A stretch of DNA of 64,000 nt from Clostridiales bacterium (lineage in GTDB: Bacteria; Bacillota; Clostridia; Monoglobales; WRBX01). Positions 31,920 through 41,000 of the stretch are shown piece after piece. The stretch is from assembly GCA_031261985.1 (NCBI GenBank), contig JAISIR010000008.1, forward strand, positions 2,122 through 66,121, in the 5' to 3' direction. The notes beneath the pieces are model-generated. The model was not told the DNA's origin, did no database searches, and saw nothing but the letters and a program-made list of their open reading frames with translations. Within the stretch, counting starts at the first letter, position 1. Every line of letters begins with the position of its first letter. Made by a program: the position numbers and the translations under genes.

Positions 31920-33491
31920 TCAAACCTCTTTCCCTAAACATTTATCTTTGTGAACTCGTTCGTAATCTTCGGGTACTTCTATAGGATACTCGCCCGAGAA
32001 GCAACCATTGCAAAAGGTAGGTGCGTCAGAATCGCATTTGACTAGGTTATGCAGCGAATCGATGCTTAAAAAGCCTAAACTATCGGCACCAATTAACTTG
32101 CAAATTTCATCAATCGTGTATTGGTTGGCGATTAAATCGTCGCGCGAGGGGATGTCGGTGCCAAAGTAGCAAGGGTGCTTAAAAGGCGGCGCGCTAACGC
32201 GCATGTGAACCTCTTTTGCTCCAGCTTTTTTAAGCAGATTTATGATTCGGCGGCAGGTGGTGCCTCGAACGATGCTATCGTCTACCATAACAACTTTTTT
32301 ACCATTAACCGTCTCTTTTAAAGCGTTCAGCTTAATTTTTACGCCATTTGTGCGAAGCGATTGAGTAGGGGCTATAAAAGTGCGGCCAATGTATCTGTTT
32401 TTGATAAGCCCGACACCATATTTAATGCCGCTACGCTTGCTATATCCTATGGCTGCGGTGATTCCGCTATCGGGGACGCCTATAACGATATCTGCATCAA
32501 CTGGGTGTTGATTAGCAAGCTCGATACCTGCGCGAATCCTTGATTTATACACGCTTACGCCGTCGATGTAACTATCGGGACGCGCAAAGTAAATATATTC
32601 AAAAATGCAATTAGTACGCTGCTTAGGCTGATTTGTTAGGCGATAACTGGTCATTTTACCGTCTACTATTGCAATCATCTCGCCTGGTTCGACATCGCGA
32701 ATAAACTCGGCACCAACAGCGTCTAACGCGCAACTTTCGGAAGCAAAAATAATGCTATCGCCAATTTTACCCATACAAAGCGGGCGGAAACCGTGAGGGT
32801 CGCGGACGGCAATGAGTTTACGCGGAGTCATAATCAAAAAGCAATATGCACCTTCAATTTGCTCGATAACTTTAGGGATAGTTTCTTCAATTGAGTTATT
32901 TTTACCACGTTCCTTGGCAATTAAATAACTAACCACCTCGGTATCGCTTGTAGAATGGAAGATGGCGCCGTCGGCAATTAGTTTATCTTTGATTTCGGCT
33001 ACATTGCTAATATTCCCGTTGTGCGCGATGGTTAATGGACCGTTCATGTATTGGGTAACCAAGGGTTGAGCGTTCTCGCGGAAGCTATCGCCAGTGGTAG
33101 AATAACGAACGTGACCGATTCCTGAAGAACCTTTACCAAGTTCTTGTAAAGTTTTAGATGAAAAAACATCGGCAACTAAGCCCATATCTTTATGATAGGT
33201 GATAATTCCGTTGTCTTTGACTGCAATGCCACAACTTTCTTGACCGCGATGTTGCAAGGCGTATAGACCAAAATAGATTAATTCAGAAGCTGCGATATCA
33301 TCATTTGGTGCGCCAGAAACACCGAAAATCCCACATTCTTCCTTGGGTTTGTTGTCTTGTAAAGTAGAACAGCTTTCACTGTTTTGCGGCGTATTATTTT
33401 GCGGATAATCGTGTAAAGCCGAACAGCCTGCGCACGTGCTACAGTCGTAGCAACTCGAGACAGAATCAAGATTTTTTTCGTTATTATTCAT
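31920..33491 (-). CDS. purF: Amidophosphoribosyltransferase with a long Cys-rich N-terminal extension
   Basis: EECGIFG, LQHRGQES, GHVRYST, VDDSIVRGTT; Fe-S Cys motifs CIFEY, PCYFG, CNGC. Confidence 0.96.
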   Translation of the reverse strand: MNNNEKNLDSVSSCYDCSTCAGCSALHDYPQNNTPQNSESCSTLQDNKPKEECGIFGVSGAPNDDIAASELIYFGLYALQHRGQESCGIAVKDNGIITYHKDMGLVADVFSSKTLQELGKGSSGIGHVRYSTTGDSFRENAQPLVTQYMNGPLTIAHNGNISNVAEIKDKLIADGAIFHSTSDTEVVSYLIAKERGKNNSIEETIPKVIEQIEGAYCFLIMTPRKLIAVRDPHGFRPLCMGKIGDSIIFASESCALDAVGAEFIRDVEPGEMIAIVDGKMTSYRLTNQPKQRTNCIFEYIYFARPDSYIDGVSVYKSRIRAGIELANQHPVDADIVIGVPDSGITAAIGYSKRSGIKYGVGLIKNRYIGRTFIAPTQSLRTNGVKIKLNALKETVNGKKVVMVDDSIVRGTTCRRIINLLKKAGAKEVHMRVSAPPFKHPCYFGTDIPSRDDLIANQYTIDEICKLIGADSLGFLSIDSLHNLVKCDSDAPTFCNGCFSGEYPIEVPEDYERVHKDKCLGKEV

Positions 33492-33970
33492 TATATATCC
33501 AGTCCTTTATCAATTTTTTCAATTGTGTCAGACATGTCTTGTTTAAATTCAATTAATTTGTTGGTCAAATCATCGTTATTTAATGCTAAAATTTCAATGG
33601 CTAAAATGGCTGCATTTTCGGCACCATCAATAGCAACGGTGGCGACGGGTATACCTTTAGGCATTTGGACGGTAGAAAGAAGGCTGTCGAGCCCGTCCAT
33701 TGTGGAAGATTTTATAGGAAGACCGATAACAGGAAGGGTGGTAAAAGCTGCGATAACACCTGCTAAATGCGCGGCTTTCCCGGCAGCGGCGATGATAACA
33801 TTTGTTCCGTTTGCACGCGCATTTTTTGCAAAATCTGCAGCGCGGTCGGGCGTTCTATGAGCAGAAATAACGTTGACAGTGTAGGGAATGTCAAACTTTT
33901 TTAGCATATCAACAGATTTTTTTACAATGGGTAAATCAGAATCGCTTCCCATAACTATAGCGACATTCAT
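33491..33970 (-). CDS. purE: N5-CAIR mutase
   Basis: VMGSDSD, SAHRTP, AGKAAHLAG, VQMPKGIPVATV; ATG at 33970 after GGAGG. Confidence 0.96.
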   Translation of the reverse strand: MNVAIVMGSDSDLPIVKKSVDMLKKFDIPYTVNVISAHRTPDRAADFAKNARANGTNVIIAAAGKAAHLAGVIAAFTTLPVIGLPIKSSTMDGLDSLLSTVQMPKGIPVATVAIDGAENAAILAIEILALNNDDLTNKLIEFKQDMSDTIEKIDKGLDI

Positions 33971-34012
33971 GTTAATAACCTCCGAAAATTCATCAAAATT
34001 CAACACAATTTT

Positions 34013-34042
34013 ATTATATCATTTTAGTTGAGAAGTTGTCAA
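34013..34042 (-). promoter_or_regulatory. sigma-A promoter of the pur cluster
   Basis: TTGACA-N18-TATAAT with extended TG. Confidence 0.65.
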
Positions 34043-34120
34043 GGCTTTATTGTAAAAATTACGATTTTTTTTATTAAGTTGATTTATATTTTATTGTGTG
34101 TTTAAAATTTAAAATTAATC

Positions 34121-34149
34121 TTGACATATTTTGCATATAAATGTATAAT
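34121..34149 (+). promoter_or_regulatory. sigma-A promoter of cysS
   Basis: TTGACA-N17-TATAAT. Confidence 0.8.
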
Positions 34150-34269
34150 AGGAATAGATTTTTGCGAGCTTGTCCGCAAAAATTTCAAAATTACTTTAGA
34201 AGTGAAAGCGGATTCATTCCGCTGAAGCGTATTTGTTCAATAGAAAATATTAAAGGTAAGGTGAATTTT

Positions 34270-35670
34270 ATGAAATTGTACAACGATTTAACATTAAATA
34301 AAGACGAATTTATCCCGATTGAATCAGGAAAAGTTAAAATGTATTCGTGCGGCCCAACGGTTTATAATTATTTTCATATAGGTAATGCACGTCCGTTTAT
34401 TTTATTTGATGCGCTTAGAAAATTCCTTGAGTTCAAAGGGATTCAAGTAGATTTTGTACAAAATTTTACCGATGTAGACGATAAGATGATTAATAAGGCT
34501 GCAGAAATGGGGATTTCGGTAAAAGAGTTAGGCGATATGTTTATCGAAGAATACAAGAAAGATGCGAGTGCGCTTGGGATTTCGCCGCCTACTTATGCTC
34601 CGCGTGCAACTGAAACTATTGATGAAATTATTGATATGGTTAAAGTTTTGGTTGATAAAGGATTTGCTTATGAAGTCGATGGTGATGTTTATTTTTCTAC
34701 CAAAAAATTTGCGGATTATGGTGCGCTTTCGCATAAGAATTTAGATGATTTATTAGAAGGTGCGCGAATTGCGGTCGGCGAAAAAAAGCAGGATAATGCT
34801 GACTTTGCTGTCTGGAAAGCGCAAAAGACAGATGACGAAATTGCGTGGGATAGTCCTTGGGGGAAGGGGCGTCCTGGCTGGCATATTGAGTGTTCGTGCA
34901 TGGCGAAAAAATTCTTGGGTGACACAATCGATATCCATACCGGTGGGCAAGATTTGATTTTTCCTCATCACGAAAACGAGATTGCGCAGAGCGAGGCAAG
35001 CAATGGTGTAAAATTTTCTAATTTTTGGATTCATAATGGATATATCAATATTGATAACAAAAAAATGTCGAAATCGGCTGGAAATTTCTTTACTGTCCGT
35101 GAAATTTTAAAGGATTTTGACGGTGAAATTGTTCGATTCTTTATGCTAAGTAGTCATTATCGTAGCCCTATAAATTTTTCGTTCGAGTTGATGAATCAGG
35201 CAAAATCTGGGTTAGAGCGTATTTATACTTGCTTGAGCAATATTGATTTTGAACTTAAAAATGCTGCTGGAATTGATAAAAGAAATGATGTCGCTAATTT
35301 TGACGAATATTCTAAGCAATTTAGTGATGATTTTGTATCGGCACTTGATGATGATTTTAACACAGCCTTAGCTATATCTTCGATTTTTGAATTTGTAAGG
35401 TTGGTTAATAGCGATATTCATGAGTTAAGTAAAAATCAGCTTAATGCAGCAAAAGCTTTAATCTTAAAACTGGGTAAAGTACTTTCGCTTTTTAATAAAA
35501 ATGTTGAACAGAATGAAAGTAAAGTTGATGACGATGTTGAAAAACTAATTAAGGAACGCGAAGATGCGCGAAAGGAAAAGAACTTTACACGCGCAGATGA
35601 GATTCGTGAAATCCTTAAAAACAAAGGAATTATTATTGAAGATACTCCAATGGGAACGAAAATCGTGTAA
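34270..35670 (+). CDS. cysS: Cysteine--tRNA ligase
   Basis: CGPTVY, HIGN, GRPGWHIEC, HHENE, KMSKS; ATG at 34270 (the upstream ATG lies in the promoter). Confidence 0.98.
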   Translation: MKLYNDLTLNKDEFIPIESGKVKMYSCGPTVYNYFHIGNARPFILFDALRKFLEFKGIQVDFVQNFTDVDDKMINKAAEMGISVKELGDMFIEEYKKDASALGISPPTYAPRATETIDEIIDMVKVLVDKGFAYEVDGDVYFSTKKFADYGALSHKNLDDLLEGARIAVGEKKQDNADFAVWKAQKTDDEIAWDSPWGKGRPGWHIECSCMAKKFLGDTIDIHTGGQDLIFPHHENEIAQSEASNGVKFSNFWIHNGYINIDNKKMSKSAGNFFTVREILKDFDGEIVRFFMLSSHYRSPINFSFELMNQAKSGLERIYTCLSNIDFELKNAAGIDKRNDVANFDEYSKQFSDDFVSALDDDFNTALAISSIFEFVRLVNSDIHELSKNQLNAAKALILKLGKVLSLFNKNVEQNESKVDDDVEKLIKEREDARKEKNFTRADEIREILKNKGIIIEDTPMGTKIV

Positions 35671-35687
35671 AGTAATTATGCTTTACT
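35666..35687. repeat. GTAAAG-N8-CTTTAC palindrome, copy 1
   Basis: GTAAAG TAATTATG CTTTAC, overlapping the cysS stop codon. Confidence 0.8.
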
Positions 35688-35730
35688 TAGTTTCGATTTA
35701 ATATTCGCGGATATAAGGGGAAGTATAAAT

Positions 35731-36144
35731 ATGAACGAAAATGATAAAAATATTTATAAATGCAATGTGTCTGCGGAAAATTTGAAGACATTAAACTCGG
35801 TTACTTTGGCATATATAGGCGATAGCATATACAATTGGTATATTAAAAAAAGGTTGCTAGAGCAAGGGATTAAGACGATTGGCGAGCTTCATAAAAATGC
35901 TAGCTATTTGGCAAGTGCCAAGTGTCAATCGCTAATTTATGATGAGCTGCAAAGCCTGCTGGAACCAGATGAAATTGATGTTTTAAGACGTGGTAGGAAT
36001 GCAAAATCGACTGTTCCGAAAAGTGCGACTGTTGAAGAGTATAAAAAAGCGACGGCTGTGGAAGCTCTGTTAGGATACATCTACATAAAAGGTGATTTCG
36101 ACCGTTTGGGTTATTTATTGGAAAATGCTATAAAAATTAGTTGA
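35731..36144 (+). CDS. mrnC: Mini-ribonuclease III
   Basis: LAYIGDSIY, RRGRNAK, YKKATAVEALLGY; follows cysS as is usual. Confidence 0.92.
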   Translation: MNENDKNIYKCNVSAENLKTLNSVTLAYIGDSIYNWYIKKRLLEQGIKTIGELHKNASYLASAKCQSLIYDELQSLLEPDEIDVLRRGRNAKSTVPKSATVEEYKKATAVEALLGYIYIKGDFDRLGYLLENAIKIS

Positions 36145-36250
36145 TATTAATGGGGGGTAAGCCTTTTTGCTTGCAACTATAACGTTAGTGACATAATTTA
36201 TCAACGTCCAATAATTCTGAAAAACGCACCTTTTATCCGAGGTGTAGTGT

Positions 36251-37069
36251 ATGAAAAAGATATTATTATTGACTTTAGGAGATGCGTTATTAGCTTTTAG
36301 CATAATGCATTTTTTAATTCCCGCTAAGCTTGCGACGGGCGGTGTTAGCGGCTTAGCCTCGGTAATTTACTTTGTCACTGGCTGGCAAGTGGGTATTATG
36401 GTTTTTATTTTAAACATACCTATTTTTATTGCCGGGTGGATTTCGTATGGAAAAAAGTTTGTTGTAAAATCGCTTTATAGTACAATAATGCTATCAGTTT
36501 TTCTTACTCTATTCGAGTTTATCCCGATAATTCACTACGACGCGCTACTTTCGAGCGTATATGGTGGCGCAATAGGTGGTTTAGGGATGGGGATATCGTT
36601 TTTAGCAGGCGGAACCACGGGTGGAACGGACATAATCGCCAAAATTCTCAATAAAAAAACACCTAATATATCGATTGGGAATTATGTACTTTTAATTGAT
36701 GCTCTTATTATTGCCGCGACTTGCGTGGCGGTAAGCGATTTGAACGCTGGATTATACTCGGTTATTGCGCTATTTATAAATGCAAAAGTTATTGATATAG
36801 TTTTGCAAGGTACAAATTTTGCCAAAATGGCGATGATTGTTACAGATAAGACTGAAGAAATAATAGCAAACATCCATGAAAAATTGCAGCGTGGAGCTAC
36901 TAAATTGCAGGGAAAGAGGACGTTTAGTAGAAGGAATACAGAAGTTATTTTTTGCACAGTAGGGAATAATCAAGTTGTTAAATTGAAAAAGCTTGTGACG
37001 ATGATTGATGAAAATGCTTTTATTGCGATAACCGATGCGCGAGAAGTAGTTGGTAGGTGGAATAGGTGA
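36251..37069 (+). CDS. YitT-family membrane protein
   Basis: LATGGVSG, GGTTGGTDI, RGATKLQG, DENAFI. Confidence 0.88.
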   Translation: MKKILLLTLGDALLAFSIMHFLIPAKLATGGVSGLASVIYFVTGWQVGIMVFILNIPIFIAGWISYGKKFVVKSLYSTIMLSVFLTLFEFIPIIHYDALLSSVYGGAIGGLGMGISFLAGGTTGGTDIIAKILNKKTPNISIGNYVLLIDALIIAATCVAVSDLNAGLYSVIALFINAKVIDIVLQGTNFAKMAMIVTDKTEEIIANIHEKLQRGATKLQGKRTFSRRNTEVIFCTVGNNQVVKLKKLVTMIDENAFIAITDAREVVGRWNR

Positions 37070-37077
37070 TAAGTTAA

Positions 37078-37153
37078 TGTAAAGCAGAATTGCTTTACTA
37101 AAAAACGTGCGATGATTTATACCAAAAAACAAGTAAAGCAATTAAGCTTTACT
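37078..37153. repeat. GTAAAG-N8-CTTTAC palindrome doublet (copies 2 and 3)
   Basis: Copies start at 37079 and 37133, between the convergent yitT and galU genes. Confidence 0.85.
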
Positions 37154-38036
37154 TGTTGATATCATAGATTGTTTGCTTTAAAAATTTCAAAAAATCATCT
37201 TTTAAATCGTCGCGTCGCAGAGCATATTCCACAATTGCCTGAATAAATTCTTGTTTATTGCCTAAATCGTAGCGTCTGCCGTTGAAGATGTACGCTTTCA
37301 TTTTTTCTGACTTTGCCAAGGTATTTAACGCATCGGTAAGCTGAATCTCGCCACCGCTACCTGGTTTTGTTTCTTCTAAAATACTAAAAACTTCGGGGTT
37401 AATTACATATCTGCCTAAAATTGCAACATTGCTCGGAGCGGCATCTACGCTAGGTTTTTCTACCAATGAATCGACACTATAAATGCTTGGCTCAATCAAT
37501 TTGCCGTCGACTATTCCATACTTGTTAACGTTTTCGCGTGCGACTTCTTGAACGCCAAGTACGCTGACTCCGCTATTATCATACACATCTATTAGTTGCT
37601 TAAGGCAAGGAGTTTCCTGGTTATTCGTGTACACCACATCGTCGCCAAGCATAATTGCAAATGGTTCGTTACCCACAAAACTTTTGGCGTATAAAATGGC
37701 GTTGCCTAAGCCTTTCATCTCTTTTTGACGGATGTAATGGATATTTGCAAGGTTAGAAATCGCTTGTAATTCCTGCAACATCTCGGTCTTTCCAGAGTTT
37801 TCAAGTTCGGTTTCAAGCTCGTAAGATTTATCAAAGTGGTCCTCGATAGCTTTTTTAGTGCGCCCAGAAATTATAAGAATATCCGTGATTCCGCTGGCAA
37901 CTGCCTCTTCGACTATAAGTTGAATGGTAGGAATGTCTATCACGGGCAACATTTCTTTAGGCACAGCCTTGGTTGCAGGTAAAAATCGTGTGCCTAAGCC
38001 TGCCGCTGGGATAACTGCCTTGGTAACTTTTTGCAT
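37149..38036 (-). CDS. galU: UTP--glucose-1-phosphate uridylyltransferase
   Basis: PAAGLGTRFLPATK, KEMLP, LGDD, VEKP, GEIQLTDA. Confidence 0.97.
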   Translation of the reverse strand: MQKVTKAVIPAAGLGTRFLPATKAVPKEMLPVIDIPTIQLIVEEAVASGITDILIISGRTKKAIEDHFDKSYELETELENSGKTEMLQELQAISNLANIHYIRQKEMKGLGNAILYAKSFVGNEPFAIMLGDDVVYTNNQETPCLKQLIDVYDNSGVSVLGVQEVARENVNKYGIVDGKLIEPSIYSVDSLVEKPSVDAAPSNVAILGRYVINPEVFSILEETKPGSGGEIQLTDALNTLAKSEKMKAYIFNGRRYDLGNKQEFIQAIVEYALRRDDLKDDFLKFLKQTIYDINK

Positions 38037-38146
38037 TATGTATTTTCCTTTCTTTAACTATCGATTTCTCTTATAATTTATATATTAAAAATATAAAAAG
38101 GTGAAGAAGCGAATCCCCACCCTTATTAATTTTTAGTTAATATGTA

Positions 38147-38497
38147 TTAAGCCAAGCCGCGACCAAGAACAGGAGTAGCCTTAACTTCTGCAGTTTTAAG
38201 AGCGGCAGCTTGAGTTTTAGATTTATCGGCAATTTTAAGAGCCTCATTAATTTTTGTATTCATAACTATAAATAGTTTCTCAAATTTTGGGAAATATTGA
38301 GAAAGATGGTCAAAAAGTTCTGGCTGAAATAAAGTACCATTTTCACCTTTAGGCATGCGAGCATCAAAATAATGTAGCATTGCCTCTTTTTTAGCTTGCA
38401 TTTTAAGATTAGGTTCCATTTCTAAAATAAATAAACCTAAAGCTTTACTATTTTTAAATTGCTTGCCTGTGCTAGTCATCTCTTTTGTCATTTTCAT
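38147..38497 (-). CDS. Hypothetical protein (116 aa), no family recognised
   Basis: ORF with its own promoter and a G-rich pre-start sequence. Confidence 0.65.
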   Translation of the reverse strand: MKMTKEMTSTGKQFKNSKALGLFILEMEPNLKMQAKKEAMLHYFDARMPKGENGTLFQPELFDHLSQYFPKFEKLFIVMNTKINEALKIADKSKTQAAALKTAEVKATPVLGRGLA

Positions 38498-38571
38498 TTT
38501 AAAGACCCCCGATACTACTTTTGTGTTTGTCTGCCTAATAGTTAGACGTGCAGATAAACACTATACATCAT

Positions 38572-38599
38572 TGTAATACTTCTGTAACATTATTGTAAC
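38572..38599. promoter_or_regulatory. Triple direct repeat TGTAAT-N5-TGTAAC-N5-TGTAAC
   Basis: 11-bp period; overlaps the predicted start site of the 38497 gene. Confidence 0.55.
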
Positions 38600-38602
38600 T
38601 CA

Positions 38603-38632
38603 ATTATAACATAAGGATATGATACCTGTCAA
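38603..38632 (-). promoter_or_regulatory. sigma-A promoter for the orphan gene at 38497
   Basis: TTGACA-N18-TATAAT with extended TG. Confidence 0.7.
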
Positions 38633-38648
38633 GTCTTTTTTAAAAAAT

Positions 38649-38665
38649 TTAACATAAAATTAACA
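38649..38665. promoter_or_regulatory. TTAACA-N5-TTAACA direct repeat
   Basis: Exact hexamer pair, 16 bp upstream of the minus-strand -35. Confidence 0.5.
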
Positions 38666-38746
38666 TTATAGCATTAAATTCAAGCGAATTCAGCCAATTT
38701 TGGATAATATTGTAAATTTTTGACGAAGAGAATCGACATATTTTTC

Positions 38747-38775
38747 TTGACATAACCTCGAGTATATTATATGAT
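38747..38775 (+). promoter_or_regulatory. sigma-A promoter of murC
   Basis: TTGACA-N17-TATGAT. Confidence 0.7.
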
Positions 38776-38832
38776 ATAACTATATTAGCAGCAATATTCA
38801 TGCGATTTTTACCGATTTTTAGGAGTGATATA

Positions 38833-40182
38833 ATGAATCATGTGCATTTTATAGGCATTGGCGGAGTTTCGATGAGTGGGCTTGCACAAATTCTACTTAA
38901 TAATGGTGTTGAAGTTTCGGGCTCGGATAGGCAAAACAGCCCGACGATTGAAATTTTGCGAAATTTGGGAGCTGCGATTTATATAAATCACGCTGAAAGT
39001 AACATAAATAATCCAGATTTGGTTGTGTACACCGCGGCGATTCACAATGATAATGAGGAACTTATGGCGGCGCGGGCTAAGGGGATTCCTACAATTACAC
39101 GCGCGGAGTTTTTAGGCAAGCTTATGGGTGAGTACGAAACCTCGATTGCTATAGCAGGGACGCATGGGAAAACGACGACAACCGGCATGATTGCTAGCGT
39201 TTTTATGGCTTGTGCTAACCCGACGGTGCTACTTGGTGGTAACATGAGTTCTATGAATGGTAATGTGCGGATTGGTGATAAAAAACAAATTATCGTTGAG
39301 GCGTGCGAGTATTGCGATAGTTTTTTAGAGTTTAATCCTAGTGTTTCGCTGATTACTAACGTAGAAGCTGACCATTTAGACTATTTTGACGATTTAGATG
39401 ATATTATCGAGTCTTTTCATCAATTTATGGCGCAAAGCGGGCGAGTGGTGGTGAATGCTGACGATGCGAACGCCATGCGAGCTAGCGAGGGGATTGAGTG
39501 TGTGAAATATTCGGTTGACTATTCTGATTCAACCATTTCCTCTACCAACGATAGAGCCGATTATATTGCTAAAAACATTAGGAATATTCAGGGGAAAACA
39601 CGTTATGAAGCGTGGCATAAGTGTATCAAATTGTGCGATGTTGAGCTTAGTGTAAGAGGGTTACATAATGTGAGCAATAGTATTGGTGCGCTAGCTGTTT
39701 GTCATAGTTGTGGCGTGGCGGTGACGGATATTATTAAGGGTTTGGCAGCGTTTAAAGGGACGGAGCGTCGGTTTGAATACAAAGGTTCGCTTAACGGAAT
39801 TGATTTGTATGATGATTATGCGCATCATCCGACGGAAATTAAGACGACGATTGCAACAGCCCAGGAATTACCTAATAAAAACGTATGGTATATTTTTCAA
39901 TCGCACACTTACACGCGCACGTTAAAGCTTAAAGATGAGTTTATTGAAGTACTATCACCTTTGAAAAACCTTATTATTGCGGACATTTATGCAGCTCGTG
40001 AGGAGCCGATTGATGGTGTAAGTGGTAAGGATATGGCGGAATGGTGTGGGGCAAAATATTTGGGTGATTTTGATGCCATTGCCGCGTATTTGCTGGAAAA
40101 TGCTAAGCCAGGCGATGCGATAATTACAGTTGGCGCAGGCGATGCGGTTGACATAATCGATAAAATTTTGTTGAAAGAGTAA
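38833..40182 (+). CDS. murC: UDP-N-acetylmuramate--L-alanine ligase
   Basis: HFIGIGGVSMSGLA, AGTHGKTTTT, VEACE, DDYAHHPTEI; ATG at 38833 after AGGAG. Confidence 0.97.
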   Translation: MNHVHFIGIGGVSMSGLAQILLNNGVEVSGSDRQNSPTIEILRNLGAAIYINHAESNINNPDLVVYTAAIHNDNEELMAARAKGIPTITRAEFLGKLMGEYETSIAIAGTHGKTTTTGMIASVFMACANPTVLLGGNMSSMNGNVRIGDKKQIIVEACEYCDSFLEFNPSVSLITNVEADHLDYFDDLDDIIESFHQFMAQSGRVVVNADDANAMRASEGIECVKYSVDYSDSTISSTNDRADYIAKNIRNIQGKTRYEAWHKCIKLCDVELSVRGLHNVSNSIGALAVCHSCGVAVTDIIKGLAAFKGTERRFEYKGSLNGIDLYDDYAHHPTEIKTTIATAQELPNKNVWYIFQSHTYTRTLKLKDEFIEVLSPLKNLIIADIYAAREEPIDGVSGKDMAEWCGAKYLGDFDAIAAYLLENAKPGDAIITVGAGDAVDIIDKILLKE

Positions 40183-40222
40183 GGAGTTATTAACAAACGA
40201 TTCTCGTATTACAGACTAATAT

Positions 40223-40254
40223 AAAAAAGGAGAGGCAATTAACCTTTCCTTTTT
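40223..40254. terminator. Bidirectional terminator between murC and trkA
   Basis: AAAAAGGAGAGG-N7-CCTTTCCTTTTT. Confidence 0.7.
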
Positions 40255-40279
40255 AGTATAAGTTAGCATTTACCTTGAA

Positions 40280-40948
40280 TTAATCCCTGCTAGCTTTCTT
40301 GAAAAACTTAAGTGTATCGTTTTTGCCTTCGTTGGTGCAAAGCATTATAAGCCTATCGCCACGCTCGAAAATTGTTTCACCGTTGGGGATTATCCCTGCG
40401 CCATTGCGCATGATACAACCGATGACAGCAGTGGCAGGGAACCCGATATTAGCAAGGGATTCGCCGATTATTTTGTTGTTTTCCATTAAAGTGTATTCTA
40501 TCAGCTGGATTTTCCCATCTTCTAGAGGTAAAAAGTTGACAACTTCCTCGACCGATGCCATTTGCTCGATTATTTGAGCGACAATGTGTGTGTCGGAAAT
40601 AACGGTGTTAATGCCTAGCTTTTGGAAAACGCTAACGTTTTTTGGGTTTGTAACGGTGGCAAATGCGCGACGAATGCCAAAAGCTTTTTTTGCAAGCTGA
40701 CAAATGACTAGATTATGAGAATCCTTTGGCGTAAGTGCAATTAGCAAGTCGTAGCCGTGAACGCCTGCATCTTCCAAGACAAATGGCTTGCTACCATCAC
40801 CCAAAATTACATCTATATTAAATGTGCGCGAAAGGTTGTTGCAATCGTCTTCGTTATTATCTATTACAACAATTTGATGTTTTTTATCTTTAAGCGAGCT
40901 GACAAGGTAATCGACCTTTTTGCCTGCGCCTACAATAGCAATTTTCAT
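40280..40948 (-). CDS. TrkA/KtrA-family RCK protein (TrkA-N + TrkA-C)
   Basis: IAIVGAG, ILGDGS, LEDAG, IIPNGETIFERGD. Confidence 0.88.
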   Translation of the reverse strand: MKIAIVGAGKKVDYLVSSLKDKKHQIVVIDNNEDDCNNLSRTFNIDVILGDGSKPFVLEDAGVHGYDLLIALTPKDSHNLVICQLAKKAFGIRRAFATVTNPKNVSVFQKLGINTVISDTHIVAQIIEQMASVEEVVNFLPLEDGKIQLIEYTLMENNKIIGESLANIGFPATAVIGCIMRNGAGIIPNGETIFERGDRLIMLCTNEGKNDTLKFFKKASRD

Positions 40949-41000
40949 TATAATCCCTCATTTAAATTTGTTCGGTGTGTGTAAAAGTATTTGTGCTTGC

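Noticed and set aside
33359-33378. Near-copy of the GTAAAG palindrome in purF (GTAAAG-N8-CTTTCA)
   Set aside because: Two mismatches in one arm; not counted.
34141-34269. N-terminal extensions given by the ORF track for cysS (and likewise murC, pgk, eno, trxA, znuC-like, ECF S, purE, purN)
   Set aside because: Upstream starts fall in promoters or lack an RBS; downstream ATGs have SD sequences and match family N-termini.
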